A model generated the notes under the pieces. That model was not told the DNA's origin, searched no databases, and worked only from the letters and a program-made list of their open reading frames with translations. A program made the position numbers and the translations under genes. Below, one piece after another: positions 1-12,529 of a stretch of DNA of 64,000 nt. Where the stretch lies: positions 33,976,001 to 34,040,000 of the forward strand of contig OX597826.1 in the NCBI GenBank assembly GCA_951406725.2, in the 5' to 3' direction. The DNA is from Octopus vulgaris (lineage: Eukaryota). The first letter of the stretch is position 1, and every line of letters begins with the position of its first letter.

Positions 1-186
1 TTATAAGAACTGGAAACTGTTTTACCTGAAGAATGGACAAAACTTCATTTGGAAACAATTCAAACTTTGTACTAGTCCATACTTCATAGAATTCAAGCTG
101 TATTTATTGCCAAAGGTGGTTCTACCCATATTAAAATAAATTTGTTTGAAATTTTCAGATGTTTCCATTATTTTGTCCAACCCCTG
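1..186 (+). mobile_element. Tc1-like DNA transposon, 3' end (decayed transposase C-terminus plus right TIR)
   Basis: Frame 1 reads L*ELETVLPEEWTKLHLETIQTLY*SILHRIQAVFIAKGGSTH, matching the Tc1 C-terminal pattern EEW...TIQ.LY.S.P.RI.AVI.AKGG.T.Y, with two in-frame stops. It ends TTTTGTCCAACCCCTG followed by TA. Confidence 0.85.
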
Positions 187-284
187 TATATATTAAATGA
201 TGATGATGTTAATGATAATAATAATAATAATATATATATGCTCACAGACTGACACATATATTATTTTTTATTAGTTCACTTTTA

Positions 285-354
<70 letters not shown>

Positions 355-389
355 GAAGGTTTGAAAATGCAATTTTAAAAGATGTTTAT

Positions 390-434
390 TTACTTGACCG
401 GTTTCACTTTTTTAGAAAAAATTGTCAAAAGTAA
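390..434 (-). ncRNA. Degenerate minimal type-I hammerhead ribozyme (PLE-type)
   Basis: Minus strand: TTACTT-TTGACAA-TTTTTCTAAAAAAGT-GAAA-CCGG-TC-AAGTAA. Stem I is a perfect 6 bp and stem III is the palindrome ACCGGT. The core TTGACAA is two transitions from CTGACGA. AATAAA and (TA)n follow. Confidence 0.55.
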
Positions 435-480
435 CATGTAAAAGCTTGGTTGTGTTAGGTACTGGTTGGCACCAAATATT

Positions 481-521
<41 letters not shown>

Positions 522-832
522 TCTTTGATAATAATAAGAATATGTTAAGAACAGTTTACAAGGGAAAATCTTGGGAAAATATAAAAAAGTTTAACAAGTT
601 CATTAAAATATTGGGCACAAAAGATTACAATATATATATACATTCTTAAGAAAAGGTAAAAAACAGTTTCCAGAAAGAATTATTAAAAAGTTCAGAGGAA
701 TATTGGTATTGTATCTGTATATATATACACAGAAAATTATAAGTTCAAATAGGTTACGTTTTAGTAGTAGGGTAGTTTTAACTGACCTGATTCACCATAT
801 TATCGTAAAAGACTATTTTAAATAAAAAAAAT

Positions 833-904
833 AGTAACGACAGACGAAATACCACTTAAGCATTTCGTCTGGCATGCTAACGTTTCTGCCAGCTCGTCGC
901 CCTT
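833..904 (-). mobile_element. SINE family A, 5' head fragment
   Basis: Reverse complement GGCGACGAGCTGGCAGAAACGTTAGCATGCCAGACGAAATGCTTAAGTGGTATTTCGTCTG matches the head of many copies elsewhere in the window. Confidence 0.8.
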
Positions 905-910
905 TACTCA

Positions 911-1983
911 TAAGCCCATAGATATAGTGACAGACAAAACTAAGCCCATAGATATAGTGACAGACGAAACTAAGGCCACAGATATAGTGACAGACAAAAC
1001 TAAGTCCATAGATATAGTGACAGACAAGACTAAGCCCATAGATATAGTGACAGACAAAACTAAGTCCATAGATATAGTGACAGACAAAACTAAGTCCATA
1101 GATATAGTGACAGACAAAACTAAGTCCATTGATATAGTGACAGACAAAACTAAATCCATAGATATAGGGACAGACAAAACTAAATCCATAGATATAGGAA
1201 CAGACAAAACTAAGTCCATAGATATAGTGACAAACAAAACTAAGTCCATAGATATAGTGACAGACAAAACTAAGTCCATAGATATAGTGACAGACAAAAC
1301 TAAGCCCATAGATATAGTGACAGACAAAACTAAGTCCATAGATATAGTCACAGACAAGACTAAGCCCATAGATATAGTGACAGACAAAAACTAAGTCCAT
1401 AGATATAGTGACAGACAAAACTAAGTCCATAGATATAGTGACAAACAAAACTAAGTCCATAGATATAGTGACAGACAAAACTAAGCCCATAGATATAGTG
1501 ACAGACAAAACTAAGTCCATAGATATAGTGACAGACAAAACTAAGTCCATTGATATAGTGACAGACAAAACTAAATCCATAGATATAGGGACAGACAAAA
1601 CTAAATCCATAGATATAGGAACAGACAAAACTAAGTCCATTGATATAGTGACAGACAAAATTAAGTCCATAGATATAGTGACAGACAAAACTAAGTCCAT
1701 AGATATAGTGACAGACAAAACTAAGCCCATAGATATAGTGACAGACAAAACTAAGTCCATAGATATAGTGACAGACAAAACTAAGCCCATAGATATAGTG
1801 ACAGACAAAACTAAGTCCATAGATATAGTGACAGACAAAATTAAGTCCATAGATATAGTGACAGACAGAACTAAGCCCATAGATATAGTGACAGACAAAA
1901 CTAAGCCCATAGATATAGTGACAGACAAAACTAAGTCCATAGATATAGTGACAAACAAAACTAAGTCCATAGATATAGTGACT
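911..1983. repeat. 30-bp minisatellite, about 36 units, consensus TAAGTCCATAGATATAGTGACAGACAAAAC
   Basis: The period of 30 is directly visible in the line registration. There is a single 1-bp A insertion near 1390, and units are near-identical with no spacers. Confidence 0.98.
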
Positions 1984-2727
1984 GACCAAATATGATTATA
2001 ATGAAAATACCGTTTAACATATAGACCTATGTATATGTGTGCAGGTATATATATCTTTGCTGTGTTGAGGTGCTGAAAAGGTTTTAGCTTTAAGGGTATT
2101 TCAAAAGGACTGGCTGGAGTCCCAAACTTCAGAGTTCTTTTACCATGCTTAGAAAAACTCGAGGACTACAGCAGTAAGAGTGTGAATCTGAGAGAGAAAT
2201 AGGTTGAATGAAATCATAGGTAACTGATCTTTTTGTATTTTGTTTTACCCAAAGCCAGGAACTTTCCAGCTCCCCCTTGTGTATATGCTTCTTTTGAATT
2301 TGCTAATAGACGTGTGTGCATGTGTGTATATTGGTGAGTACAGTTTTAAGCTTAATTGTGAATACACTCACAAGCATGTGTTTGTGTACGTGCATGCATA
2401 GAAGCCCCAGATGGTAATGTCAAGAGGTTACCAGACAGCCTGTCTAAGCTTTAGTTAAGCTTCTATAACAGTTCAAACTATAATGCACTTGGGAGAGGCA
2501 TGTAAGCCCTTTCTTGCATTTATCGTCCCACTCAATGCAGTACAACGAATCATTCACTGATGGAAAGGTCGATTACCAAATGCCACACACATATATGACA
2601 CATTTGAACAAGGTCGAATTGATTGGTACACACACATACACACACATACAATTACACATATATACACACATGCCCACACATTGCATAGACATAGACGCAA
2701 ATGAATACAAACACTCATAGCTACATG

Positions 2728-3330
<603 letters not shown>

Positions 3331-3529
3331 TTACTTATTCATCTATATATAGTTATATATCTAGCATAAATACACATCTGCTTACACACACACGTATTTG
3401 CAAATGTGTATGAAAGCAGATTCACACATTTTTCAAATCCCTAAACGTAATGTCTCAGTACATAGAAATTTATGAAACATATATACGCATAGATACACAA
3501 GCACAGGCACACATGTACACTGACACACA

Positions 3530-3574
<45 letters not shown>

Positions 3575-3953
3575 ACACATGTACTCTCACATGCACAAGT
3601 CATCCTGACACACATTCACTTAAAACATACGCACACGTACGTTCACACAGACAATTTGCTCAAGATATGATTATACTCATATGGCTTGAGTCAGCAGTGA
3701 AGTGGAGTGTGTGATAGATCGTATATGGCATCCAGAAAATATTCAGGAAATATACTGGCTTCAACAAGGCTATTAGGTTTTACAAAATATATTTAATGAA
3801 ATGAAGGAAGTCATGCTTTTAATCTCGATAATGGCAAGAATTTTGCTTGACTTAACTGGATGCAGAGAAGATAACAGCAGAATGCACTCTCTTACTCTCT
3901 CTCTCTTTATCTTGCTCACTATTTCTCAGCTCATCTTTTTCTCTGTTCTTCCT

Positions 3954-4003
<50 letters not shown>

Positions 4004-4135
4004 TCTCTTTCTCTCTTTTTCTGCTCATCTCTTTCTCTCTTCTGCTCTCTCTCTCACACTTCCTCTGTCTCACTACATCCACTTATCTGTCTATCTATCT
4101 CACTCTCTCTCACTGTAATTGTAGATATATAATTG

Positions 4136-4176
<41 letters not shown>

Positions 4177-4212
4177 TCTGGCTATATATCTATACACACA
4201 TGCACACATATA

Positions 4213-4259
<47 letters not shown>

Positions 4260-4914
4260 ACATACACGTATATACACTCACACATGCATATATATGTGTG
4301 TGTACATATATATGCATGTGTGTGCATATATGTGTATATGTATGTATATATATATATATGAATATATATACTTATGTATTCATACATACATACATACTCA
4401 CACACACACATATATATATATATATACCTATACACATATATTTACACATAGACATATATATGTATATACATGTGTGTGTCTCTCTCTATATATATGTATA
4501 TATACATAGCTAGATATAAATGAAGATGTTTTGAAGATATTAATAAGATGCTATTTGAAGAATTTGATAATTGCCAAGGCAATAAGAACACCTTGGTTTA
4601 CATTACAAGATTTTGCAATCATCTCTACAGCGACATCTGGTGGGAAGTTAATATAGCTACTATTTCATTCATTCATGATTAATATGCAATATTATCTGGC
4701 CTAAGAGAATTTAAATTACTGATTAGATTACATTAAATATCATGACATAAACTGTGCTCCAGTATGGCCTTACCCATTGTCTGAAATAGACTAATGCTCT
4801 GATAATACTAATTTCCATATTGTTTCACTTTTCCCCTTTTTCGTCAGTGACACCTTGGAATTATTTAACCCTGAGCCCATTCTTTATCTGCTGCCAGTAT
4901 CTGTAGAATCGTGC

Positions 4915-5343
4915 AAGGCAGCAAGAGGGTAGAAGTGTTGGCATGCCCAGCAAAATGCTGAGTGGCATTTCGTCCGTCTTTAAGTTCTGAGTTCAAATTC
5001 CACCAAGGTTGGCTTTGCCTTCCTTTAATCCTTTAGCGATTAGTAAAATAGGTGCTAGTGAAACACTGGGATTAATGTAATCGAATTATCCCCTCTTCTT
5101 GGCTTCATGCCAAAATTTGAAGCCAATATTCTGTAGAATCCTAATGGCAGTAAGCTGGCAGTATTGTTACAGCACTGGACAAAATGCTTAGATGCTTTTT
5201 TCTCTGACTTTACATTCTGAATTCAAATGCCACTGGGTTTAGAATTTGCTATTCATCCTTTTGGGATCAGTAAAATAAGTACCAGTTAAACACTGGGGCC
5301 AATGTAATCAACTTACTACTTACCCTGATGCCAAAATTTGAAA
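4915..5343 (+). mobile_element. Two tandem SINE family A copies (tRNA-like head; Deu/Nin-domain-like body)
   Basis: Each has a GGC...AGCTGGCAG-like head, a B-box-like GAGTTCAAATTCC, a TTTCATCCTTT.GGG.TC.ATAAAATAAGTACCAG-like body and a CCAAAATTTGAA tail. GCCA.TAT(T)CTGTAGAATC is repeated at 4893-4910 and 5122-5140, like a target-site duplication. Confidence 0.85.
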
Positions 5344-5349
5344 GCAATT

Positions 5350-5611
5350 TGTGTGTGGTAAGTAGATTGCTTCCCAACCACATGGTTCTGAGTTCAGTCC
5401 CACTGTGTGTCATTTTGGGCAAGTGTCTTCTACAACAGCCTCAGGCTGACCAAAGTATTGTGGGTGGATTTGGTAGGTGGAAACTGAAAGAAGCCCATCA
5501 TATATATATATATATAGGAAAAAGAAGTCAAGGTAGAAAAAGCTAAAATAATTTTATCATAAAAATTATTTTAGTACTTGTGTGTTCCTTTTTCAGCCTT
5601 CAACATATATG

Positions 5612-5680
<69 letters not shown>

Positions 5681-5860
5681 GTGTCTGTGTTTGTTTTCCC
5701 ACCATTGCTTGACACCAATATTGGTGTGTTTGTCTCTGAAAGTTAACAGTTCGGCAAAAGGGTGCAATAGAATAAGTACCAGGCTTACAAAGAATAAGTC
5801 CAGGGATCGATTTGTTCGACTAAAGGCGGTGCTCCAGCGAGGCTGTAGTAAAAGAGTAAA
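5350..5860 (+). mobile_element. SINE family B (CORE-like) with internal (TA)n
   Basis: GTGTGGTAAG...GTTCAGTCCCACTG...TTGGGCAAGTGTCTTCTAC...GGAAACTGAAAGAAGCCC, then a microsatellite, then TAGAATAAGTACCAGGCTTACAAAGAATAAGTCC...GGCGGTGCTCCAGC. Same layout as 54040-54500 and 55976-56376. Confidence 0.85.
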
Positions 5861-6164
5861 GAAGTGTTTACTTTTTATATTTCAGTCCTTCATACAAATC
5901 TTTCAGATGCCATATTTGGGACATGTTATGTGTACTGAATTCTGGAATCACTGGATTTTACAGATCTTCTAAAATATACCCTTATTCAGACTACCCATTC
6001 TAGATTGCTCAAGCTTAAACCGAAATGGTATTCTACTCTGTTGACCCCAGCAATCACCCCTTTTCAGTCAGAGCTATCTAGATGCTTTCTCTGCAACCTC
6101 TGCATTGTTCTTGATAGCGTTTTTTTTTTTGCTCATTCCTGTAATACCCATTAAATCCTTACCT

Positions 6165-6620
6165 GTGTAAGTAGACCACAGCCAACCGATGGATCTGTCA
6201 GTTAACTTCTTGCAATGGTTGCAGGTAGGTCTGGGCACTATGGTTTGTCTCCAGGCCTGTCTCTTCCCAGATCTTACCAGTTGCTCTTTTGCACTGTCTC
6301 ACTACTTTCGATGTAAAAGAACTACATTTTCTGCTGAAGAATTTGTTTCATCTCTGCTTAGCAGATAAGAGATGGAAAGTGGGGCCACAGTGATAAACCA
6401 GCATCTTGCATCAACCATGATACCTCTTGGGATTCTTTCCACTGGTGTGATGTCTTCATCCTAATTTGTCACAGAATAATGGTAAGCAGGTGATTGTTGG
6501 CAACTGCATCAACACAGGGTTAATAAAATAAATGCCAGTCAAGTACTGGGGCCAGTTTTATCACCCATCTTCTCCTCCAAATACTTGTGGCCTTGTGTCT
6601 CGTTTCTGAGTCTGGGCTGT
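6165..6620 (-). mobile_element. Highly decayed RTE-like LINE 3' end
   Basis: Minus-strand fragments in different frames read ERIPRGIM, C*AEMKQ and TCNHCKKL..RSIG.LWS, in the order expected for RTE C-termini (RIPK.IL, CKRDMK, C..C...CRSRIGL.SH). Confidence 0.35.
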
Positions 6621-6749
6621 TCTTGAACAAGTTTATTCCTCCCTTGAAATATTATTGATATTAATGGATCAATGCCGTTAAACAGATGAACTGTTTGGTG
6701 ATTACCGGTAATAATCAATTGATCCAGAAACATTGAATAACTGGTTCTT

Positions 6750-7625
6750 CTCATCATCATTACAACCATCATCATCATCATCATCATCATTGTCAATGTT
6801 GTCATTGTGATTGTTGTCATCATCATCATTGTCATCACCACCACCACCGTCATCATCATCATCATCATCATCATCATTGTTGTTGTCATCCTCATCCTCC
6901 TCTTAATCTTCATCACCATCATCACCAATAACAGCAATACTCCAAGATTGCTATCAATTGCATCATCTGCACTGACATCATCATCATCATCATCGTCGTC
7001 GTCATAGTTGTCGTCGTCATCGTCATCATCATTATTATCATTATCATCACTAGGAATAACAATGGAAGCAACACTATCATCAGTGTCATCACAACCATCA
7101 TTGTCACTATCATCCCCAGCCTCACAACAATAATATTATCACAACCACCACCACTACCAACAACAACAACAACAACAACAACAATGCCAACAACAACAAT
7201 AAGAGCACCATCACTCCTACCACCATCACCACCACCACCACCACCACCACCACCACCACCACCACCACCACCTCCACCTCCACCTCCACCACCATCACAA
7301 CAACAATAACAACAACCACCACCACTAGCGAAAACATGAGCAAGAATGAGTGCAACAGTGTCAGCATAAGAACAGATACACCATGGCCAAGACCACCAGC
7401 ACCAGCGCCATCGAGATTAACCCTTCTCCCATCAACATTAACGTTCACCCACACTACGCCACCACCACCACCACCACGACCACGACCATCACCATCACCA
7501 ACACAATTAAAAATATCAATCAAGAACGTATTTACACAAAACTGACTCAAATGACATGTAATCTTCAATAAGTTTTCCATTTCATTGAACTTTCCCTCCA
7601 TAATAATAATAATAATAATAATAAC

Positions 7626-7663
<38 letters not shown>

Positions 7664-7690
7664 TAATAATAATAACAACAACAACAACAA
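6750..7690. repeat. Compound trinucleotide repeats (CAT, CAC, CAA, AAT)
   Basis: Directly visible. The frames give poly-I/V/M/T and are interrupted by stops. Confidence 0.9.
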
Positions 7691-8806
7691 TATTCTTGCA
7701 TTTTCCCTGGCAATTATTTGTCATGGACTTTTGAATTATTTCTTGCTGGTGTTCAATGAAAATTCTTTGGCAATTTAATAGTTTCTGCATGTCAAATTCT
7801 GAGCTTCTCTTACAGTTCTTCCAAATCAATGGATTCTTTAATGCGTTGGCAGCGTTTTTTGTTCAGCGTCATTTTTTGAAAACACAGAACAACCCTGAAT
7901 AGATAATTCGCTTTTCTTTTACCATTACTGATGTCACTTGGAATTCTCCGTATTGATTCACAGATATATCTGATATGCCGCTATTCTGCACACCATTTTC
8001 AACTTTCTGGATCTTTTGCACAGAGTAAAGTAATAAAAAAAAAAGAAGAAAAGGAAGGAAAAAAGCCTTAAAAAAATGTAAAAAGGCAACCGCACCCCGC
8101 CCCCGCCCTCGCCCCATCGCCATCCAACCAACTGTATAACGCTTTCTTCGTGTTATTTTGAAATCTTGCCATCGCAAAAATATAAAATATTCTTCCTTAT
8201 TTGCAACAAACCATTTAACAGACATCCAGCTTCATCGGAAAATTTTGAATTTCTTGGTTCATCAGAAGAAAATAAGAAAATCAGAAAAACAAAAACAAAA
8301 AAAAAACCCAGAAAAAAAGATTACCTGTTCTCCTCCTTCCATCAAACATCAAAACTGTGCAGTTCTTTTAACACAACACATTCTCGATTCTTTACAAAAA
8401 CATTGCTTCTGTTCTTCTTGGAGAAAGAGAAAACCTAAAAGAAAGACGCTAATAGTATGAATACTCCTACTAAAACTAGTGATGGTGATGATGATGATGA
8501 TGAGGAGGAGGAGGAGGATGTTGGGATGATGACGATGATGACGATAATAATAATGATAATAATTAAAGTAAATATTTCTTAAATTGATTCTGACATAAAG
8601 CCAGATGTACAGCATGTTGGCAGGTGGGGGGGGGAAGAGGAGAGGAAAAGCAATAATCATAATCTTATAGATTATTGTATGGTTGCTTTCATTATTCCTG
8701 GAATCAATCACTCCATTATGAATGCACACACACACGTGCACATACATGCACGAACACACACTACATATATGCATCAATACATATGTAATGTGCATTTGTA
8801 TAATTT

Positions 8807-8873
<67 letters not shown>

Positions 8874-8980
8874 TATGTATATGTACATATGAGTATGTAT
8901 ATATACATAGACATATGTATATATTTATTTATGCATATATGTATATATAGATTATGTAGGTAGGGTAAAAATCCGTATGC

Positions 8981-9015
<35 letters not shown>

Positions 9016-9251
9016 CACACACACACACATATATGTGTGAGTGTCTGTGTAGAGGTGATACTTACATGTGTTTGCATGTGTGTGAGCGTGCGTGTATGTG
9101 ATTTCTGATAAATAATTGTGCTGGTATAACGTGGCAATTTAGTAGTATGTGTATAATTTGACATAACATTGTTGGTGTTATAACAACAACAACAACAACA
9201 ATAATAATGATAATAATAATCATAATAATAATAATAATAATAAGAAGAAGA

Positions 9252-9294
<43 letters not shown>

Positions 9295-9589
9295 TTGTTA
9301 TGATTATTGCTATGTTTATTGTTGTTGTTATTGTTAGTTATTCCAACAAAGCTAATCAATGTGGATACAAATGAAGGAATTGACATAATTTGTCCAAAAG
9401 TCAGTATTCTTAAGTTATAAACAACAAACAAATAAGTAAATAAAAAAAAAATAAAGATTATTGGAAAATATTTTCTTTTTCCTTAAATTGTGAAGATACA
9501 AGAATGTTAAACAAATGCTTCCAGCTATTTGGATTTCTAATTGTTGTCTCATTTTTTTTATTTGATAATTCTATTATTATCATTATTAC

Positions 9590-9652
<63 letters not shown>

Positions 9653-9815
9653 TACTTTTAAAATTGTTATTTTTTTCTTGTGGCTTGTGCATATTTGTTT
9701 TTGTTTTTCATCCTTCACGGTTATTCCTACCAATGGAACCATTCTTTTGTGCACATGCAAGGTTACACCTACAGTTATATACATAACGATCGTTTTATTT
9801 ATAGCTTGATTTTTA

Positions 9816-9976
9816 AGGACGGTGCGATAAAGAAGTTTTTGTCCCCAACCACATGGTCTTTGAGTTCAGTCCTGCCACATGGCACCTTATTTATGCATGT
9901 GTCTTCTGCTGCACCCCTTGTTTGACCAAAGCTTGTGAGTGGATTTGAAAGATGGAAATTGAAAGAAACCCGTCAT
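9816..9976 (+). mobile_element. SINE family B, diverged 5' half
   Basis: CCCAACCACATGGT...GAGTTCAGTCC...GTGTCTTCTGCT...GACCAAAGCTTGTGAGTGGATTTG...GGAAATTGAAAGAAACCCGTC. Confidence 0.75.
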
Positions 9977-10354
9977 ATAAATGTCACTATCATCATGATC
10001 ATGTAACGTCTGTTTTCCGTGTTTTCATGGATTGGGCAAGATCCGGTGAGTCACAGGGATGCCTTGTGCTTTAATGTCAGCTTCTGGTATGGTTTTATAT
10101 AGCTGCATGCCCTTCATAATGCTAACCACTTTACAATGTGTACTGGATGCATTTTTCCTATATCTATTGAAATAATTTATTACGTACGTTTCAGGTCTGT
10201 ATAATACATAATCGGAAATGCATCCATTATGTAAACCTTCCACAGTTAAAGCATTTCAGACACACACATAAACGTTGGCTGTCTACCCTTTAAGCAGAGT
10301 CTGGCCACCTCTTGTACTAACAAGTTAGATCTATAATGGCGTCTGATACATGCA

Positions 10355-10392
<38 letters not shown>

Positions 10393-10469
10393 TATAGGAA
10401 AATAAAAGACGAGGACAGGAATATGTATTAGTTTGACTTTTAGGAATATGAAAAATAAAAAAAAGACTC

Positions 10470-10503
10470 TTTTACATTTCGAGCCTACGCTCTTCATCAG
10501 AAA
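10470..10503 (-). ncRNA. Minimal type-I hammerhead ribozyme (same family as 26330-26367)
   Basis: Minus strand: TTT-CTGATGA-A-GAGC-GTAG-GCTC-GAAA-TG-TA-AAA. The core and 4-bp stem II are intact. The stem III palindrome ACGT has mutated to ATGT. Flanks are homologous to the 26230-26440 copy. Confidence 0.7.
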
Positions 10504-10559
10504 TGAATAAGAGCGATAAAAAAAAACTGAGATTTAGCGGTCAAGAATGGCGATGTAGA

Positions 10560-10800
10560 TACGTATATATGTGCCTGCTTCTTGTTTTGATGTAGCATGG
10601 TAGTTGTAAAATGAGTGGCATTGCCATACAGGTGTCGTTAATTTGTAATCTTCTGTGCAAATATGCACAGTCTTGGGAAAATATTACTTTGCTTGAAAAC
10701 AGGTTAGGGTTCTGCACAGGAAGGGCATCGAGCTGTAGTAAAATACTTCGATAAATTCCGTTTGACTCATGCAAGCATAGAAATGTGGCTGTTATAACGC
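10560..10800 (+). mobile_element. Diverged interspersed repeat, SINE-like tail (related copy at ~35540-35770)
   Basis: Shared motifs CATACA.G.G.GTC.TT, GAAATAT...CTT, GGT.AG.GTT, CAGGAA..CATC.AGC.GTAG.AAA and CATGCA.GCAT.GAAA.GT at both loci. Confidence 0.5.
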
Positions 10801-11716
10801 CAATAATTATGTTAGTTGTTACGGAGCTGTATTTCAACGAGGAGTTAGTTTTTGCTTTTCTTGGAGATTATCAGCAATAACCGTAGTTCTACTGCACTAA
10901 TGATATATGTCTGCAATCAACAATGAAACAACAGCACCTTTTTTTCCTTTCTTTAAGAATCGGATTCCGATACAGGTTCCTTTTGTATATTTTAGTCGTT
11001 TTAAACAAGAAATAAACGAATATATGAAATCAAAAACAATCTTACCACCACCACCACCACCACCATCATCGTCGTTGTTGTCATCATCGTCTTCATCGTC
11101 ATCATCGACGTCGTCGTCATCATCATCATCATCGTCGACATCATCATCATAATCTCTGTCATCGTCCTTTTCTCCATCATCGTTATCTCCCGTCGTCAAC
11201 GTTGTCATCGTTGCTGTCATTGTGCCATGCTCCTTTTATTGTCACTCTTGAGGCAGCCATCTTGAAATTTGCAAATATTGCAAATCTCATAACTGCAGAT
11301 GTAGAGTTAGAAAAATGCCTAAAAGACAGACATTTCGACATTTCCTTAACACTATGTAATGAGAGTGGATATCGAATCGATCCAGATACTATTGGTGTTA
11401 AAATAAACAACCCGAATAATACCTTTGTTATGTTACATCGAGGAGAAAATGTTTTCTATTTGGAATTTTCTTAAAATTCAACTGTTTATGGTGAACAACA
11501 GCCATAAAGTTGTAGTAGTGGTGGTGGTGGTGGTGGTGATGGTAGTAGTAGTAGTAGTAGTAGTGGTTGTGGTGGTGGTAGTGGTGGAGGTGGTGGTGGT
11601 GTTTGTAATGGTAGCTTCTATGTTTTTTTTAACCACCAAGGGTTGGCAAAAACATCGAGAGCGGTTCAGAATGATACAACGCGAAATCACACACACACAC
11701 ATACATACAAACACAT

Positions 11717-11749
<33 letters not shown>

Positions 11750-11780
11750 TATAACGTATAAACAGGGAAGTAACAGAAAA

Positions 11781-11824
<44 letters not shown>

Positions 11825-12498
11825 ATAATAATAATAATAAGCTTGTTATGTAACAGAGAAGAACGATAACGGTACAAAGACTGTAGTAATATAATAGTAT
11901 TGACATAACTGAAAGAATAAGAACGGTGAAGAACGTAGAGGAAGACGAAAAGGAAAAGGAAGGGGGGAAGGGGGGTGAGGGTGAAGAAAGATGTCTTGAA
12001 CGCTGTTGAAGATGAGTAAGAACAACATGAACAACAAAAGTGTAATATCAATAATAAAGAACCGTTATTATGCAATAGCTAGACATCATGTTATTTTCAA
12101 AGTATTGATGGTGTAATCGTTGATTTTGATGGCAAATCAATGGCTGTTTGAATGTGTTTGGGGTAAGAGTCTTTGAATTAATTAGTCTTCTCGATATCAC
12201 AGCTTATATTTAAATGACATGGCAACAATTGATTCCCAGTTGACAGCAGCTGCTTTCTTCGCGGAATTATGGTAACAAGGGTGGATCGGTGGGAGGAGTT
12301 GCATGAAATAGAGAGGTCGAGAAAGTTGAAGGCAGGTGGAGGGCGATGGTGGGGGGTGGTAAAACCAGCAGTAAAACCAGCTTCAAGGCCAAAATGGTTG
12401 GCTACTTGAAATCGCAGAAAAGGAAAAAAAATTATAATATAATAACAAGAGCGCAGAGAAACAAACAAGCCAACTTGTTGAACACCACCATCACTGCC

Positions 12499-12529
<31 letters not shown>

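Noticed and set aside
911-1983. CRISPR array or repetitive protein gene (ORFs 813-1970, 927-1394, 1408-1995)
   Set aside because: Units are contiguous with no unique spacers, there are no cas genes and the context is eukaryotic. The ORFs simply reflect a stop-free 30-mer and are broken by a frameshift.
4815-4850. Minus-strand CTGACGA...GAAA hammerhead-like spacing
   Set aside because: The intervening AAAAGGGGAAAAGT cannot form stem II and stem III is not palindromic. Similar chance hits at ~8250-8265, ~15612-15632 and ~23452-23467 were rejected for the same reason.
7122-8225. Minus-strand ORFs of 235 aa and 118 aa as a real gene
   Set aside because: They are mostly poly-V/I/L from repeats. 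The unique parts match no family I recognise, neighbouring frames have stops, and no convincing splice pair was found.
12192-12215. miR-2-like TATCACAGC (also miR-279-like TGACTAGATC at ~13182)
   Set aside because: Only the seed-proximal bases match, and there is no complementary arm to form a precursor hairpin.
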